Origin: Heterodontus francisci
Lineage: Eukaryota
DNA: 64,000 nt
Direction of reading: 5' to 3'
Assembly: GCF_036365525.1 (NCBI RefSeq)
Contig: NC_090405.1
Coordinates: forward strand, 24,986,001-25,050,000
This document shows, one piece after another, positions 22,760-36,958 of the stretch. The position numbers and the translations under genes are program-made. The notes below the pieces were generated by a model. That model was not told the DNA's origin. It saw only the letters and a list, made by a program, of their open reading frames with translations, and did no database searches. Within the stretch, counting starts at the first letter, position 1, and each line of letters begins with the position of its first letter.

Positions 22760-25700
22760 TTTTGGCCAAGTGATTTAAATCAGGAGATGTCATTACAGGT
22801 TAAGATTACACTTAAATGTTTTTTTTTAAATACTGCAATCCAAATTAATTCATTAAATAGAATAGAGATGGCTGGGCAGGCGATGTGTTACAGCTGTAGT
22901 ATGTGGGAGCTGGTGGACGCCGATGCAATCCACGGTGACCACATCTGCAGCAAGTGTTAGCTGATTGAGGAACTTCGGCTCAGAGTTGATGAGCTGGAGT
23001 CCAAGCTGTGGACACTGCGACGCATCAGGGAGGGGGAAAGCTACCTGGACACTGTTTCAGGAGACAGTCACACCCCTTAGATTAATTACATCCAATTTGG
23101 ACCATGGTCAGGGACAGGAGGGTGTGACTGCGAGTGAGGCAGGTATGGGGATCCAGAATTTAGCTTTGGAGGAGCCTCAGCCAGTGCCCTTATCCAATAG
23201 GTACGAGATTTTTGCTTCCAATGTGGATAAGGGCACAGGCTGCAGGGAGGATGAGTGAACTGACCACCCTGGTTCAGAGCACCATTCAAGTGGGGGAAGA
23301 AAAGAGGAATATTGCAGTCATAGTGGGTAGCATAGTTAGGGGAATAGATACTGTTCTCCACAGCAAAGATATAGAGAGTCCCGAAGATTGTGTTGCCTAC
23401 CTGGTGCCAAGGTTAAGGATATCTCTTCCGGGCTAGAGAGGAATTTGGAGTGGGAAGGAAAGGATCCAGTTGTTGTGATCCACGTAGATACCAATAACAT
23501 AGGTCGGACTAGAAAAGAGGTTCTGCTGAGGGACTATGAGCAGCTCGAGGCTAAATTAAAAAGCAGAACCACAAAGGTAATAATCTCCGGATTACTATCT
23601 GAGCCACGTGCAAATTGGCACAGGGTAAATAAGATTAGAGAGGTAAATGCGTGGCTCAAAGATTGGTGTGGGAGAAATGAGTTCTGATTCATGGGACACT
23701 GGCACCAGTACTGGAGAAAGAGAGAGCTGTTCCATTGGGATGGGCTGCACTTGAACCATGCTGGGACCAGTGTCCTGGCGAATCGTACAACTAGGCTTGT
23801 AGATAAGGCTTTAAACTAAATAGTGGGGGGGAGGGTTCAATTGAAGGGAGGTTTATAAAGTTGAAAAGTAACGAGAGAACAGAGGTGCAGGGTAGTGAAG
23901 GGGCATACATTAATCAGAGTGTGACCGGTAGGAACAGAGAATACAAGCATAAGAGTACAGCAGAAATTAGAACTAGAATAGGTAAAAATGGGAATAAGTC
24001 ATAGCCTTAGGCTCTTTATCTGAATGCACATCGCATTTGTAACAAGATAGATGAGCTGACGGCACAGAGAGAAATAAATGAATATGATTTGATAGCTATC
24101 ACTGAGACGTGGTTGCAGGATGACCAGGACTGGAATCTCAATGTTCAAGGATATTCGACGTTCCGGAAGAATAGGCAGAAAGGAAAAGGAGGTGGGGTAG
24201 CTTTGTTGTTAAAGGAAGGGATCAGTGTTGTTGTGAGGAATGATATAGGTGTAATAGATGGTGATGTAGAATCAGTTTGGGTGGAAATAAGGAATAGCAA
24301 GGGGAAGAAATCACGGATGGGAATGGTCTAGAGGCCCCTGAGGAGTTGCGCCTCTGTAGGACAAAATATTAATCAGGAAATAATGGAGGCGTGTAAGAAG
24401 AACACTGCAATTATCGTGGGTGATTTTAATCTTCATATAGACTGGACAAATCAAATTGGCAAGGGTAGCATGGAAGACGAATTTGTAGAGTGCATCAGGG
24501 ATTGTTTCTTAGAACAATACATTGCAGAACCTACCCGGGAACAGGCTATTTTAGACTTGGTAATGTGTAATGAGGTAGGATTAATAAGATATCTCGTAGT
24601 TAAGGATCCTCTAGGGGGAAGTGATCATAACATGGTAGAATTTCAAATTCAGTTTGAGGGTGAGCAACTGGGGTCTCAAACCAATGTCTTCAACTTAAAC
24701 AAGGGCAATTACAGAGATAGGAAGAATGAGTTGTCTAAAGCAGGCTGGGAAAATAGACTACGAGGGAAGTCAGTCGATGAGCAGTGGCAGACTTTTAAGC
24801 AGATATTTCATAACACTCAGCAAACATTTATTCCGGTCAGAAGGAAGGACTCGAGGAAAACGATGAACCATCCGTGGATAACAAAGCAAGTTAAGGAGAG
24901 TATCAAATCAAAAGCAAAGGCATACAAAGCAGCAAAAGCTAGTACTAGGCCAGAGGAATGGGAATTTTTTAGAAACCAGCAGTGCATGACTAAAAAACGA
25001 ATAAAGAGAGAAAATTGATTGAGAGTAAATTGGCAAGAAATATAAAAACAAACAGCAAGAGCTCGGGGGCCGATAGACCACTCCAATGCGTGATTTCTTT
25101 CCCTTGCTATTCCTTATTTCCACCCAAACTGATTTTACATCACCATCTATTACACCGATATCATTACTCACAACTGCACTGATCCCTTCCTTTAATAACA
25201 AAGCTACCCCACCTCCTTTTCCTTTCTCCCTATTCTTCCGGAATATCGAATATCCTTGAACATAAAAAGGAAAAGTACATGTGGGACCCTTAGAGGATGA
25301 GACTGGGGAATAAATAACATGGAACAGGGGAATGGCAGATAATTTAAGCCAATATTTTGCATCGGTCTTCACGGTGGAAGACACTATAAACATCCCAACA
25401 ATAATAGATGAGCAAGGTGTAAATGGGAGGGAGGAACTTGTAACAATCTCTATCACGAGGGAAAAGGTGCTGGACAAACTGATGGGACTAAAGACAGACA
25501 AGTCGCCAAGACCTGATGGCCTCCATCCAAGGGTTTTAAAAGAAGTGGCTGCAGAGATAGTAGGGGCATTGGTCATAATATACCAAAATTCACTGGATTC
25601 CAGTAGGGTGTCAGCGGATTGGAAAACCGCTAATGTGACGCCCTTATTCAAGAAAGGAGGGAGACAGAAGGCAGGAAACGATAGACCAATTAGCTTAACA

Positions 25701-28548
25701 TCTGTCATTGGGAAAATGCTAGAGTCCAATATTGAGGAAGAAATAGCAGGACATTTAGAAAAACATAATGCAATCAAACAGAGTCAACATGGTTTTATGA
25801 AAGGGAAATCATGTTTGATAAACTTGTTAGAGCTTTTTGAGGATATAACAAGCAGAGTGGATAAAGGGGAACCAGTAGATGTAGTGTATTTGGATTTTCA
25901 GAAGGCGTTCACTAAGGTGCCACATAAAAGGTTATTGCACAAAATAGGAGCTCAGGGTATTGGGGGTAATGTGTTAGCATGGATTGAGGATTGGCTAACA
26001 CACAGAAGGCAGAGTGTCGGGATTAATGGGTCTTTTTCAGGTTGGAAAGCCGTATTTAGTGGGGTGCCACAAGGATCAGTCCTCGGGCCTCAACTATTTA
26101 CTATCTATATTAATGACTTGGAGGAAGGGACAGAGTGTAGAGTATCCAAATTTGCTGACGATACAAAAATAGGTGGAAAGGCATGTTGTGATGATGACAC
26201 AAAGAAACTGTAAAGGGATATGTTAAGTGAGTGGGCAAAAACTTGGCAGATGGAGTTCAATGTGGGAAAGTGTGAGGTAATCCACTTTGGCAGGAAGAAC
26301 AAAAAGGCAGATTATTATTTAGATGGAGAAAAACTACAAAATTCAAAATGCAGTTCAGAGGGATCTGGGTGTTCTTCTGCAGGAAACACAAAGTTAGCAT
26401 GCAGGTGTAGCAAATAATTAGGAAGGCAAATGGAATTTTGGCCTTTATTGCTAGCGGGTGAGAGTTTAAAAATAGGAAAGTCTTATTACAACTGTACAGG
26501 GTGTTGGTGAGGCCACACGTGGAGTACTGCGTACAGTTTTGGTCACTGCATTTAAGGAAGGATATCCTAGCATTGGAGGCAGTTCAGAAAAGGTTCACTA
26601 GGCTGATTCCTGGAATGCAGGGGTTGTCTTATCAAGAACAGAATGAGAGGTGATCTTATTGAAACAAATAAGATTCTAAGGGGGCTTGACAGGGTAGATG
26701 TTGAGAATATATTTCCACTGGTGGGGGAATCTCGAACTAGGGGACATTGTTACAGAATAAGGGGGCACACATTTAAAACTGAGATGTGTATGAATTTTTT
26801 CTCTGAGGGTGGTGAATCTCTGGAATTCTCTACCTCAGAGAGTTGTGGAGGCTAGGTCACTAAATGTATTTAAGGAGGTGGTAGATAGATTTTTGAAATC
26901 TCAGGGAGTGGAGGGTTAAGCGGAGCAGGCCCAAAAGAGGAGTTGAGGCATGGGAGAGATCAACCATGATCTTATTGAATGGCGGGCCAGGCTTGAGGGG
27001 CTGAATGGCCTACTCCTCCTCCTACTTGTGCTCAGTTTGCAGTAATGGAAGACTATGTCTTCCATTTTTACCATTTATGAGTTTTGTGGAGTAGTGTGTA
27101 ACATGTAGCTCAGTCTGCAGTCTTACATTATTGAGATTAATTCTGTACTTTACAATCAGGTCCTGTTTGTCTTTCCCATCTGACATAGAATTTGAAGTTC
27201 AGGCTGCACTCTTGTGAGAATGACACAGTGCCTTGCAATCTGATAGTGGGTGTGATTTTGTGCGGAGATTGATGTATCTACCTGGGACAGAGTTGGGGTG
27301 AAATGGAAACAACCTCAGTCTGTCCTGCGTGACTGTTGGATTGAATAAATGTGTCTGGAACTTGGGATCAGTGCCGGTCTGACTACGTTTGCTGTCGGTG
27401 ATTGTGGAACTGATGTCTCTGCTCTCTGTGAGTTGATACTGTACTGACTGTGTGTGAGGAGCTGGCTGCACTTCCCCTTGTGTCGAGGAATCACTACACT
27501 TATTCTACTTCCTTCAAGTATTTGGCTGTAGAAAGGAAAATATTTATTATAATTCAGGAAGATGTGTGGTAGAAGATACAAATGTGACCAAAACAATTTT
27601 TCAATTAATAATCATTATGAACAATCACAAAGGAAACCCAGCAATGTAAACAGAGTCAGTGTCTGATTCCACTGCAGTCCTGCAGCCCCCAGCTACTGCA
27701 TACCAGGGGCTTTGGCCATTTTACAACAATTAAATGACATCCAGAAACAATCCACTGGGCCATGAATGGGACTGACCGACGGAGCAGGGACTTTTACACA
27801 GGTCAGATTTCCAGTTCCCGCTCCCATGGTCTAACCGTTCAAGCGAAACCAAACAGCCGCTGTTTAAAATGTGTCCTTCACACTTCTCACCTGGTGCCTA
27901 TAATAGATTCTCTTTGTGTAACTCCCCACATCCCACTGTCCAATAACAAACTATGGGATTAGACTGGATTGCTGCCTTTGCATTGGTGTGGATACGATGG
28001 GCCAAATGGCCTAATTCTGTGCTGGAACTTTTTGATGTTTCTGTTTGGTGAATTCTTGCAGAAATCTGCGCCTGCGCTCCCCTCCCCCATCTACCTGTCA
28101 TGGGGCAGTGCAATGGTTAAAGAATGGAGGGTTTCACCAACTGGATGGTGACGTATATTTAATATAACAGTGACGTGCTGTCTACTACACCACAGAGCCA
28201 TTCACAGACAAAGCCCAACCACCAGCTCCTTCTCTCACACAGGACGTACATTATCACACACACAGCGCAGAGACACAGACAGGTTATCAGTTCCACAGTC
28301 TCAGACAGCAGAAATCGTTCCAGAGACACATTTTCAATCCATCAATCAAACAGAGCAGGAGAGACAGACGTTGTTTCCATGTCACCACAACTCAGTACCA
28401 CTGACAGGTAGATACATAAATCCCAGTCCAAATTCTCTATCAAATTATCAGTGTGTCAATCCCACAATATTGCAAGCGAATAATGCAAGGCTGGATTTCA
28501 TCTATTTTAACGCAAGGCGTCTTACAAGTAAGGCAGATGAATTGAGGG

Positions 28549-29009
28549 ATAAAAACAAGAAATGCTCAAAATACTCAGCAGGTCTGGCAGCATCTGTGGA
28601 GAGAGAAGCAGAGTTACCATTTCAGGGCATTTGGGGCAGCACAGTGGTTAGCACCGCAGCCTCACAGCTCCAGCGACCCGGGTTCAATTCTGGGTGCTGC
28701 CTGTGTGGAGTTTGCAAGTTCTCCCTGTGTCTGCGTGGGTTTTCTCCGGGTGCTCCGGTTTCCTCCCACATGCCAAAGACTTGCAGGTTGATAGGTAAAA
28801 TTGGCCATTATAAATTGCCCCTCGTATAGGTAGGTGGTAGGGAAATATAGGGACAGGTGGGGATGTGGTAGGAATATGGAATTAGTGTAGGATTAGTATA
28901 AATGGGTGGTTGATGGTCGGCACAGACTCGGTGGGCCGAAGGGCCTGTTTCAGTGCTGTATCTCTAAATAAAAAAATAAAAGGTCAGTGACCATTCTTCG
29001 GAACTCCGA
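28549..29009 (-). mobile_element. Miniature PLE pseudo-LTR insertion (~105 bp) split by a SINE; 14-bp TSD
   Basis: AGATGAATTGAGGG at 28535-28548 and 29010-29023. The inner sequence matches the PLE 3' end and the hammerhead motif. Confidence 0.85.
28626..28980 (+). mobile_element. V-SINE (HE1-like) inserted inside a PLE hammerhead motif
   Basis: Same family sequence. Confidence 0.88.
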
Positions 29010-32000
29010 AGATGAATTGAGGGCGTTGATTAACACATGGCAATATGATATTGCTATCACAGAAACATGGTTGAGGGAAGGGCAGGACTGACAGCTCAAT
29101 ATTCCAGGGTATAGAATCTTCAGGTGTGACAAGGACTGGAGTGGGGGCGAGGGCGAGGGGGTGGGGGGAATGTCAAAGAGGAGGTGGCATTGCACTATTG
29201 ACCAAGGAATCATTTACTGCAGTAAGGAAGGATGATATCTTAAAAGGTTCTTTAAATGAGGCCATATGGTTAGAACTTAAAAACAAAAAGGGGGCAAGCA
29301 CTTGGCTGGGAGTGTACTACAGGCCTCCAAACAGTCAGGGAGAGATAGAGGAGCAGATATGTAGGCAAATCTAAGAGGGGTGTAAAAATAATAGGGTAAT
29401 AAGAGGGAATTTCAACTTCCCCAATATTAACTGGGATAGTCGTAGTGCAAAAGATTAAAGGGGGTGGAATTCTGAAAGTGCATTCGGGAGAGCTTTTTGA
29501 CCAAGCACGTACAGAGTCCTGCAAGAGAAAGTGGTACTGGACCACATCTCGGGGAATGAAGCCGAACAAGTGGTAGAAGTGTCAGTGGGGGAGCATTTCA
29601 TGGATAGTGACCATAACTCTAAGATTTAAGGCAGTTATGGAAAAGGACAAAAATGAACTGGAAATAAAGGTACTGTTTTGGGGGAAGGTCAATTTCAATA
29701 TGATAAAACAGGATCTGGCCAAAGTGGACTGGGAGCAGCTACTTCTAGGAAAGTCTACATCAGACCAGTGGGAGTCATTTATAAAGGAGATAGTGAGAGT
29801 TCAGGGCCCACATGTTCCCGTAAAGATGAAGGGTAGGACCAACAAGTTCAGGGAACCCTGAATGTCAAGGGATAGCGAGGATTGAATAAGGAAAAAAAAA
29901 AAAGGCTTATGGCAGATTCAGAGAGCTGAAAACAGCAAAGGCCCTAGAGGAGTATAGAAAGTGCAGGTGGGGGGGGGGTACAGTAAAAAAAAAGTAATTA
30001 AGAGAGCGAAGAGGGGGCATGAAAAAACACTGGTGGGCAAGATAAAGGAAAATCCCAAGGCATTTTATAAGTATATTAAGGACAAGACGATAACCAGGGA
30101 AAGAGTAGGGCCCATTAGGGACCAACGTGGCAATCTGTATGTGGAGTCGGAGGATGTAAGCGAGGTTTTGGTTGGTTACTTTTCGTCTGTGTTCACTATA
30201 GAGAAGGACGGTGTTGGTGTAGAGATCAGGGAGGGGGATTGTGATATACGTGAACAAATTAGCATTGAAAGGGAGGAGGTGTTAGCGGTTTTAGCGGGCT
30301 CAAAAGTGGATAAATCATCAGGCCCAGATGAGATGTATTCCAGGCTGCTATGTGTGGCAAGGGAGGAGATTGCATGGTCTCTGACACAAATTTTCAAATC
30401 CTCTCTGGCCACAGGAGAGGTGCCAGAGGACTGGAGGACAGTGAATGTGGTACCATTATTCAAGAAGGGTAGCAGGGATAAACCAGGTAATTACAGGCCA
30501 GTGAGTCTAACATCAGTGGTAAGAAAACTATTGGAAAAAATTCTGAGGGACAGGATTAATCTCCATTTGGAGAGGCAGGGATCAATCAGGGATAGTCAAT
30601 ATGGCTTTGTCAGGGGGAGATCGTGTCTAACAAATTTGATTGAATTTTGTGAGGTGGTGATTAGGCATGTAGATGAGGTTAAAGCAGTTGATGGAGTCTA
30701 CATGGACTTCAGTAAGGCTTTTGATAAGGTCCCACATGGGAGATTGGTCAAGAAGGTAAGAGTCCATGGGATCCAGGCCAATTTGGCAAATTGGATCCAA
30801 AATTGGCTTATTGGCAGGAGGCAGAGGGTGATGGTCGAGGGTTGTTTTTGCGATTGAAAGCCTGTGACCAGTGGTGTACGCAGGGATTGGTGCAGGGACC
30901 CTTGCTGTTTGCAGTGTACATTAATGATTTTGATGTGAATATAGGTGATATGATCAGTAAGTTCGCAGATGACATGAAAATTGGTGGGTGTCGTAAATAG
31001 TGAGGAGGAAAGCCTTAGATTACGGATGATGTGGATGGGTTGGTAAGGTGGGCAGAGCAGTGGCAGATAAAATTCAATTCTGAGAAGTGTGAGGTGATGC
31101 ATTTTGGGAGGACTAACAAGGCAAGAGAATATACAATAGATGAAAGGACCACAGGAAGTACAGAGGGACATTGGTATACTTGTCCATTGAACACCGAAGG
31201 CAGCAGCACAGGTGGAAAAGGTGGTTAGGAAGACATATGGGATAGTTGCCTTTATTAGCCGAGGCATAGAATATAAGAGCAGGGAGGTTATGATGGAGTT
31301 GTATAAAATGCTAGTTCGGCCACAGCTGGAGTACTGTGTACAGTTCTGGTCGCCACACTAGAGGAAGGATGTGATTGCACTGGAGAGGTTGTAGAGGAGA
31401 TTCACCAGGATGTTGCCTGAGCTGGAACATTTCAGCTGTGAAGAGAGACTGGATAGACCATGGTTGTTTTCCTTAGAACAGAGAAGGCCGAGGGGGGACT
31501 TGATTGAGGTATAAAAAATTATGAGTGGCATAGATACGGTAGATAGGAAGAAACTTTTTTTCCCTTAGCAGAGGTGTCAATAACCAGGGGGCATGGATTT
31601 AAGGTAAGGGGCAAGAGGTTGAGCGGGGAATTGAGGAAAAACCTTTTCTCCCAGAGAGTGGTTGGAATCTGGAACACACTGCTTGAAGGGGCAGTAGAGG
31701 CAGGAACCCTCAACATTTAAGAATAATTTAGATAAGCACTTGAAATGCCATAGCATACAAGGCTACAGGCCAAGTGCTAGAAAATAGGATTAGAATAGAT
31801 AGGTCCTTGATGGCTGACATGGACACGATGGGCTGAAGGGCCTGTTTCTATGCTGTATAACTCTGACTCTATGACTAACCTCAGCTACAATTTAAATACA
31901 TATAGAACTGGCACGTGGTTCCCGTTTCAAAGTTACAGAATTAACCTCAATAATGTACTCTGAGATTCAGGTTAAATACCAGCTAAATATTTACACGTTA

Positions 32001-32036
32001 TGAGTTTAGAAGTTGCAGTATTAATTCCCATAATGT

Positions 32037-32372
32037 ATTTATTTTTATTTAGAGATACAGCATTGAAACAGGCCTATCGGCCCACCGGGTCTGTGCCGAC
32101 CAACAACCACCCATTTATATTAACCCTACATTAATCCCATACTCCCTACCACATCCCCACCATTCTCCTACCACCTACCTACACTAGGGGAAATTTACAA
32201 TGGCCAATTTACTGATCAACCTGCAAGTCTTTGGCTGTGGGAGGAAACCGGAGCACTCGGCGGAAACCCACGCGGTCACAGGGAGAACTTGCAAACTCCA
32301 CACAGGCAGTACCCAGAACTGGACCCGGGTCACTGGAGCTGTGAGGCTGCGGTGCTAACCACTGCATCACCC
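32037..32372 (-). mobile_element. V-SINE (HE1-like)
   Basis: Same family sequence. Confidence 0.88.
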
Positions 32373-33129
32373 ACATTTGGACACTAGTCCATATCTCAAC
32401 TGCATAATCAGATTGAGAGATTATGAAAAACAGTATAACCTGAGATACAAACTCATATTCCAGTTTAAAACTTATCTGGATTGTGGAACTAAAAGATACA
32501 ATATAAATTTGATTTGTCTAGTGAGCTATAAGTTTTCTACCAGTCCAAAAACCACATATAGTGTCAGATGGAAGATACTGTACAGTTCCAGACTGAGCTC
32601 ATTTTACATGCAAGTCCAAAATTATCACTGTCCGACTGAATGGCACTGATCAAATTGCTTCGTACAGTCTGAGTTACACTTGCCCACCAATCCGGTATTA
32701 GATTGGAGGATACATTATCTTCCACTATTGTGTTCACAGTGACAGATATTTAATACTAGGCAAAACCTCAAACGTATTGTCTGCTTAAAACCAACCACAT
32801 CAGTGGCCTGTTGCTGTGCTGACATTTTATGTAGAATGAATCCAGACTTGCAAACAGTCCCAGGGACAGAAGATTATATAATGAATCCCATACTCATACA
32901 GAGTACCAGACACTGCCAGATAGAGAGTGATGCTGAAACACATGCTCAGTGCCAGGTGCTGAAAGGCATCAGTTGATGACTGCACTCACTCACAATTCCT
33001 CAGCCTGAGTCATCTAAAGCAATCTAACACACAAATAGTAGCACTGAGAGATTGAGAAAGAGTCCAAAACTCACATGGAGCACTCGATGCTGACAGATAC
33101 AAACTGAAGACTATACACTCATGGATCTA

Positions 33130-34227
33130 GGATTAGCTAACTCACAGGAAACAGAGAGTGGGGATAAATTGGGCATTTTCATTTTCGCAATTTGTAACTA
33201 ATGGAGTGCCACAGTGATCAGTGCTGGTGCCTCAACTATGTATGGTCTATATTAATAACTTACATGAAGCGATCAAGTGTATTGTTGCCAAATTTATGGA
33301 TGTGACAAAGATCGATAGGAAAGCAAGTTATGAGGAGGATAAAGTGTCTGCAAAGAGATATAGATAGGTTAAGTCAATGGGCAAAGGTTTGGCAGCTGGA
33401 GTATAATGTGGGAAAATGTGAGGTTGTCTAATTTGACAGGAAGAATAGAAAAACAGAATATTACTTACATAGAGAGAGAGACTGCAGAATGCTGCTGTAC
33501 CGAGGGATCTGGGTGTCCAGGTACATGAATTACAAAAAGTTAGCATGAAGGTATAGCAAGTAATTAGGAAGGAAAATGGAATGTTGGCATTTTTAGCAAG
33601 GGGAATGGAGTATAAAAGTAGGGAAGTTTTACTATAACTGTCTAGGGCATTAGTGACAACCCAACTAAAGGACTCCATACAGTTTTGGTCTCCTTACTTA
33701 AGGAGGGATATACTTGCATTGGAATCAATTCAGAGAAGGTTCACTAGGCTGATTTCTGTGATGAAGGATTGCCTTATGAGACAATGTTGAGCAGGTTGGG
33801 CCTATACCCACTGTAGTTATAAGATTGAGAGGTGATCTTATTGAAACCTATAAGATTCTCAGTGGGCTGGACAGGTAGATGCTGAGAGGATGTTTCTCCT
33901 TGTGGGGGAATGTAGGGGCGAGAGTTTCAAGCTAAGTGGTCTTCCATTCAAGAAGGAGATGAAGAGGAATTTCTTCTCTCAGAGGGTTGTTCATCTTTGG
34001 AATTCTGTTCCCCAGAGGACTGTGGAGGCTGAGTCATTGAATCAAGGCTCTGTTAGACAAATTTTTGATCTACATGGAAATCAATGGTTGGGAATCAATG
34101 GTTATGGGCGCAGGCAGGAAGGTGAAATTAAGGTCACAATCAGAAGAGCCATGATCTTATCGAATGGCAGAGCAGGCTTGGTGGGTCAAATGGCCTATTT
34201 CTGCTCCTATTTCGTATGTTATTATAT

Positions 34228-34228
<1 letters not shown>
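33130..34228 (+). mobile_element. Old CR1 3' fragment; mirrored at 46310-47395 (-) and partly at 43340-43799 (-)
   Basis: FFSQRVVHLWNS motif, degenerate RT motifs, inverted homology with the right arm. Confidence 0.85.
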
Positions 34229-34260
<32 letters not shown>

Positions 34261-34261
34261 A

Positions 34262-34960
34262 CCAGTGTGTGGCAGATCTAGAATTCATCTCACTTTCATA
34301 CACAATACCAGTGACTGAAAGGTACAAAATCAATCCCACAGATGCATACAGTACCACCGACAAGTACAGGATGAATCCCATGCTCACACACACCACTAGG
34401 TATCGAAAGATACATGTGATTCCCACTCGCACATGACAATATGAGACGGAGTTACAGAATGATTTCCACATTCACATAGAGCACCACTGACTGCTGATCA
34501 ATTCATCCCACAATCTCACACACTACCAGAGGCTGAGAGATACAAAATTAATCCCACACTCCGATGTAGTAGCAAAGACTGACACATACAAAATCAATCA
34601 CAAACACTCCTACAGTACCACTGGCAGATTCAGTAACTGCCAAAATTACCAGAGACTGACAAATAAATCGTGAACTCCTACATATTGTGAGGTGCTGACA
34701 CAGATAGCTTGAATTCCACACATACAGAACCACTGACAGATTCAGAGCAAGTCCCAAATTCACGTACCATCCCAGAGACCGACAGATACAGAATGGATGT
34801 CATACTCAAACACAGCACCAGAGTCTGACAGATAGAGAAGGAATCCATACAGCACCAGAGACCGAGAGCTACCGAATTACATAACATGTGCAAACACAGT
34901 ACCACAGACTAAAAGCAGTGGAATTAATTACACATTCACATGCAATAGCAGAGACACAAC
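34262..34960 (-). repeat. 46-bp degenerate minisatellite, reverse orientation (also 32830-33125)
   Basis: GACAGATACAGAATGAATCCCACACTC-like motifs. Confidence 0.75.
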
Positions 34961-35068
34961 GACACTGAATCTTCAATAAGTGTCCTCCCACCAACAGCCA
35001 GGACATTTCCAGGGAGCTGTACACAGGGAGCGGCTCTTTCAATATCAACTGGGGCCGGAGAATCTTCG

Positions 35069-35315
35069 TGAAATATCCTTCCTGATTGCAGGAAGGGTGT
35101 TTGTGATTGGTTGCAAATATTTATTCTGATTGGATGGGGAAAAACACCAATTAGAGAATTACAGTAAAAAAACCTTTATGACATCACTCCCAATCACCCA
35201 ATCACAATCTTTACTTTCCCCCCATCCCTCATTAGCATAGAGCTGTGGGATTGTCTATTTAATCCGCACTCGGAAGGGGTTTGGTTTATTTCTGTGTCTG
35301 AAATTGAATCTGAAG
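35069..35315 (+). promoter_or_regulatory. H2B copy 1 promoter
   Basis: Several CCAAT/ATTGG boxes (about 35106, 35129, 35147, 35190, 35198), TGACATCA (~35179), octamer-like ATTAGCAT (35231) and TATTTAA (~35256). Confidence 0.8.
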
Positions 35316-35693
35316 ATGGTTGAGGAGAAGAAGAAAACAGCTGCTAAGAAGGGCGCCAAGAAAACTGTGAGTAAACCGTCAGCAAAGGGCGGCAAGAGGC
35401 GGAGAAAGTCGAGGAAGGAGAGTTACTCCATCTACATCTACAAAGTGATGAAGCAGGTTCACCCCGACACCGGCATCTCCTCCAAGGCCATGAGCATCAT
35501 GAACTCGTTTGTGAACGATATTTTCGAGCGCATCGCGGGTGAGGCTTCCCGCCTGGCCCATTACAACAAGCGCAGCACCATCAGCTCCCGGGAGATCCAG
35601 ACCGCCGTGCGCCTGCTGCTGCCCGGGGAGCTGGCCAAGCACGCCGTGTCGGAAGGGACAAAGGCGGTGACCAAGTACACCAGCTCCAAGTAA
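35316..35693 (+). CDS. H2B: Histone H2B, replication-dependent, 125 aa ([12 protein letters not shown]...KYTSSK)
   Basis: Canonical H2B core ([25 protein letters not shown]...[13 protein letters not shown]). True ATG is at 35316; the ORF track start at 35304 is TTG. Intronless, with a downstream stem-loop. Confidence 0.98.
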   Translation: MVEEKKKTAAKKGAKKTVSKPSAKGGKRRRKSRKESYSIYIYKVMKQVHPDTGISSKAMSIMNSFVNDIFERIAGEASRLAHYNKRSTISSREIQTAVRLLLPGELAKHAVSEGTKAVTKYTSSK

Positions 35694-35730
35694 AACTGCA
35701 CAATGGACTGAAAAACAGATCAAACACAAC

Positions 35731-35771
35731 GGCTCTTTTAAGAGCCACCCACAATCTCTCTGAAAAAGCTG
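35731..35771 (+). terminator. Histone 3' stem-loop and purine-rich downstream element (U7 site) of H2B copy 1
   Basis: GGCTCTTTTAAGAGCC at 35731-35746, then ACCCA, then GAAAAAGCTG. Confidence 0.95.
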
Positions 35772-36339
35772 CATCCGACATCTCCATTAAATTATTTTAA
35801 AACCATGTATAACATAATAACGTTCCCACTGCTGTTCCTGTGTCTCCTGTCCCATAAACTGTACACGGACACATAATCCGGTCGTCCGCCTTCGCTTTTT
35901 TGCTTAAAGCTGTTATTATGGCACAGCTCCTGAATGACTGCATTAACAGCTGTTTTTAGCTGCAACGGTCAGACCTCAGTCCCTTCACTCTATTCCTGAA
36001 ATGTGAACTAATTCATCGTTTTATTCACAGCAACTCGCCGGAACAGGAACAGAGCAGATTAAGCAGATCCGGCTTCCTCTTTTCAGAGAAGGACACTGGG
36101 CTCTGATTGAAGACTAAACTGAGTGTTTTCCTTCAGGGAAATGCTGTGAACAGGGATTTATTCCCACCTGGAACAGTTTGTGATTGGTGACGGAAAGAAT
36201 AGAATAAAACAAAAAAAAGAGAAGGGATTTGAAATCTTTGACTAAGGATGACATTTATTTTAATCCGCTCTTTTCCGGAAATGAAATTGGCGGGCTTTGT
36301 GAAATTGACAAATTCTCTGCTTCTGGTCGTGTGGCGGGT

Positions 36340-36887
<548 letters not shown>

Positions 36888-36917
36888 AGCGGCCATAATG
36901 TCATCCAATAAACCAAA

Positions 36918-36958
36918 GGCTCTTTTCAGAGCCACCCACAGTCTCTGTGAAAGGGCTG
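36918..36958 (+). terminator. Histone stem-loop and downstream element of H2A
   Basis: GGCTCTTTTCAGAGCC at 36918-36933, then ACCCA, then GAAAGGGCTG. Confidence 0.95.

Larger units (their letters stand above)
21355..27031 (+). mobile_element. Near full-length, decayed CR1 LINE: 5' tandem array, ORF1 (~22868-23817), ORF2 (~24000-26930)
   Basis: ORF1 has CxxC..CxxC and SGNH-esterase-like motifs (LPGAKVKDI, VVIHVDTNNIG, DGLHLN). ORF2 has APE (IAITETWL, IVGDFN, GGSDHN) and RT ([22 protein letters not shown]). The paralogous arm is empty at ~50440. Confidence 0.92.
28476..31875 (+). mobile_element. CR1 LINE (ORF2 from the endonuclease to the 3' end, decayed)
   Basis: EN and RT motifs in ORFs 29126, 29961 and 30791; tail CTCTGACTCTATGACT. 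The site is empty in the paralog at 5761-5785. Confidence 0.92.

Noticed and set aside
6549-31228. CR1-derived ORFs (e.g. 6549-7238, 25332-26213, 29961-30857) as host genes
   Set aside because: They are fragments of frameshifted LINE ORF2, not intact genes.
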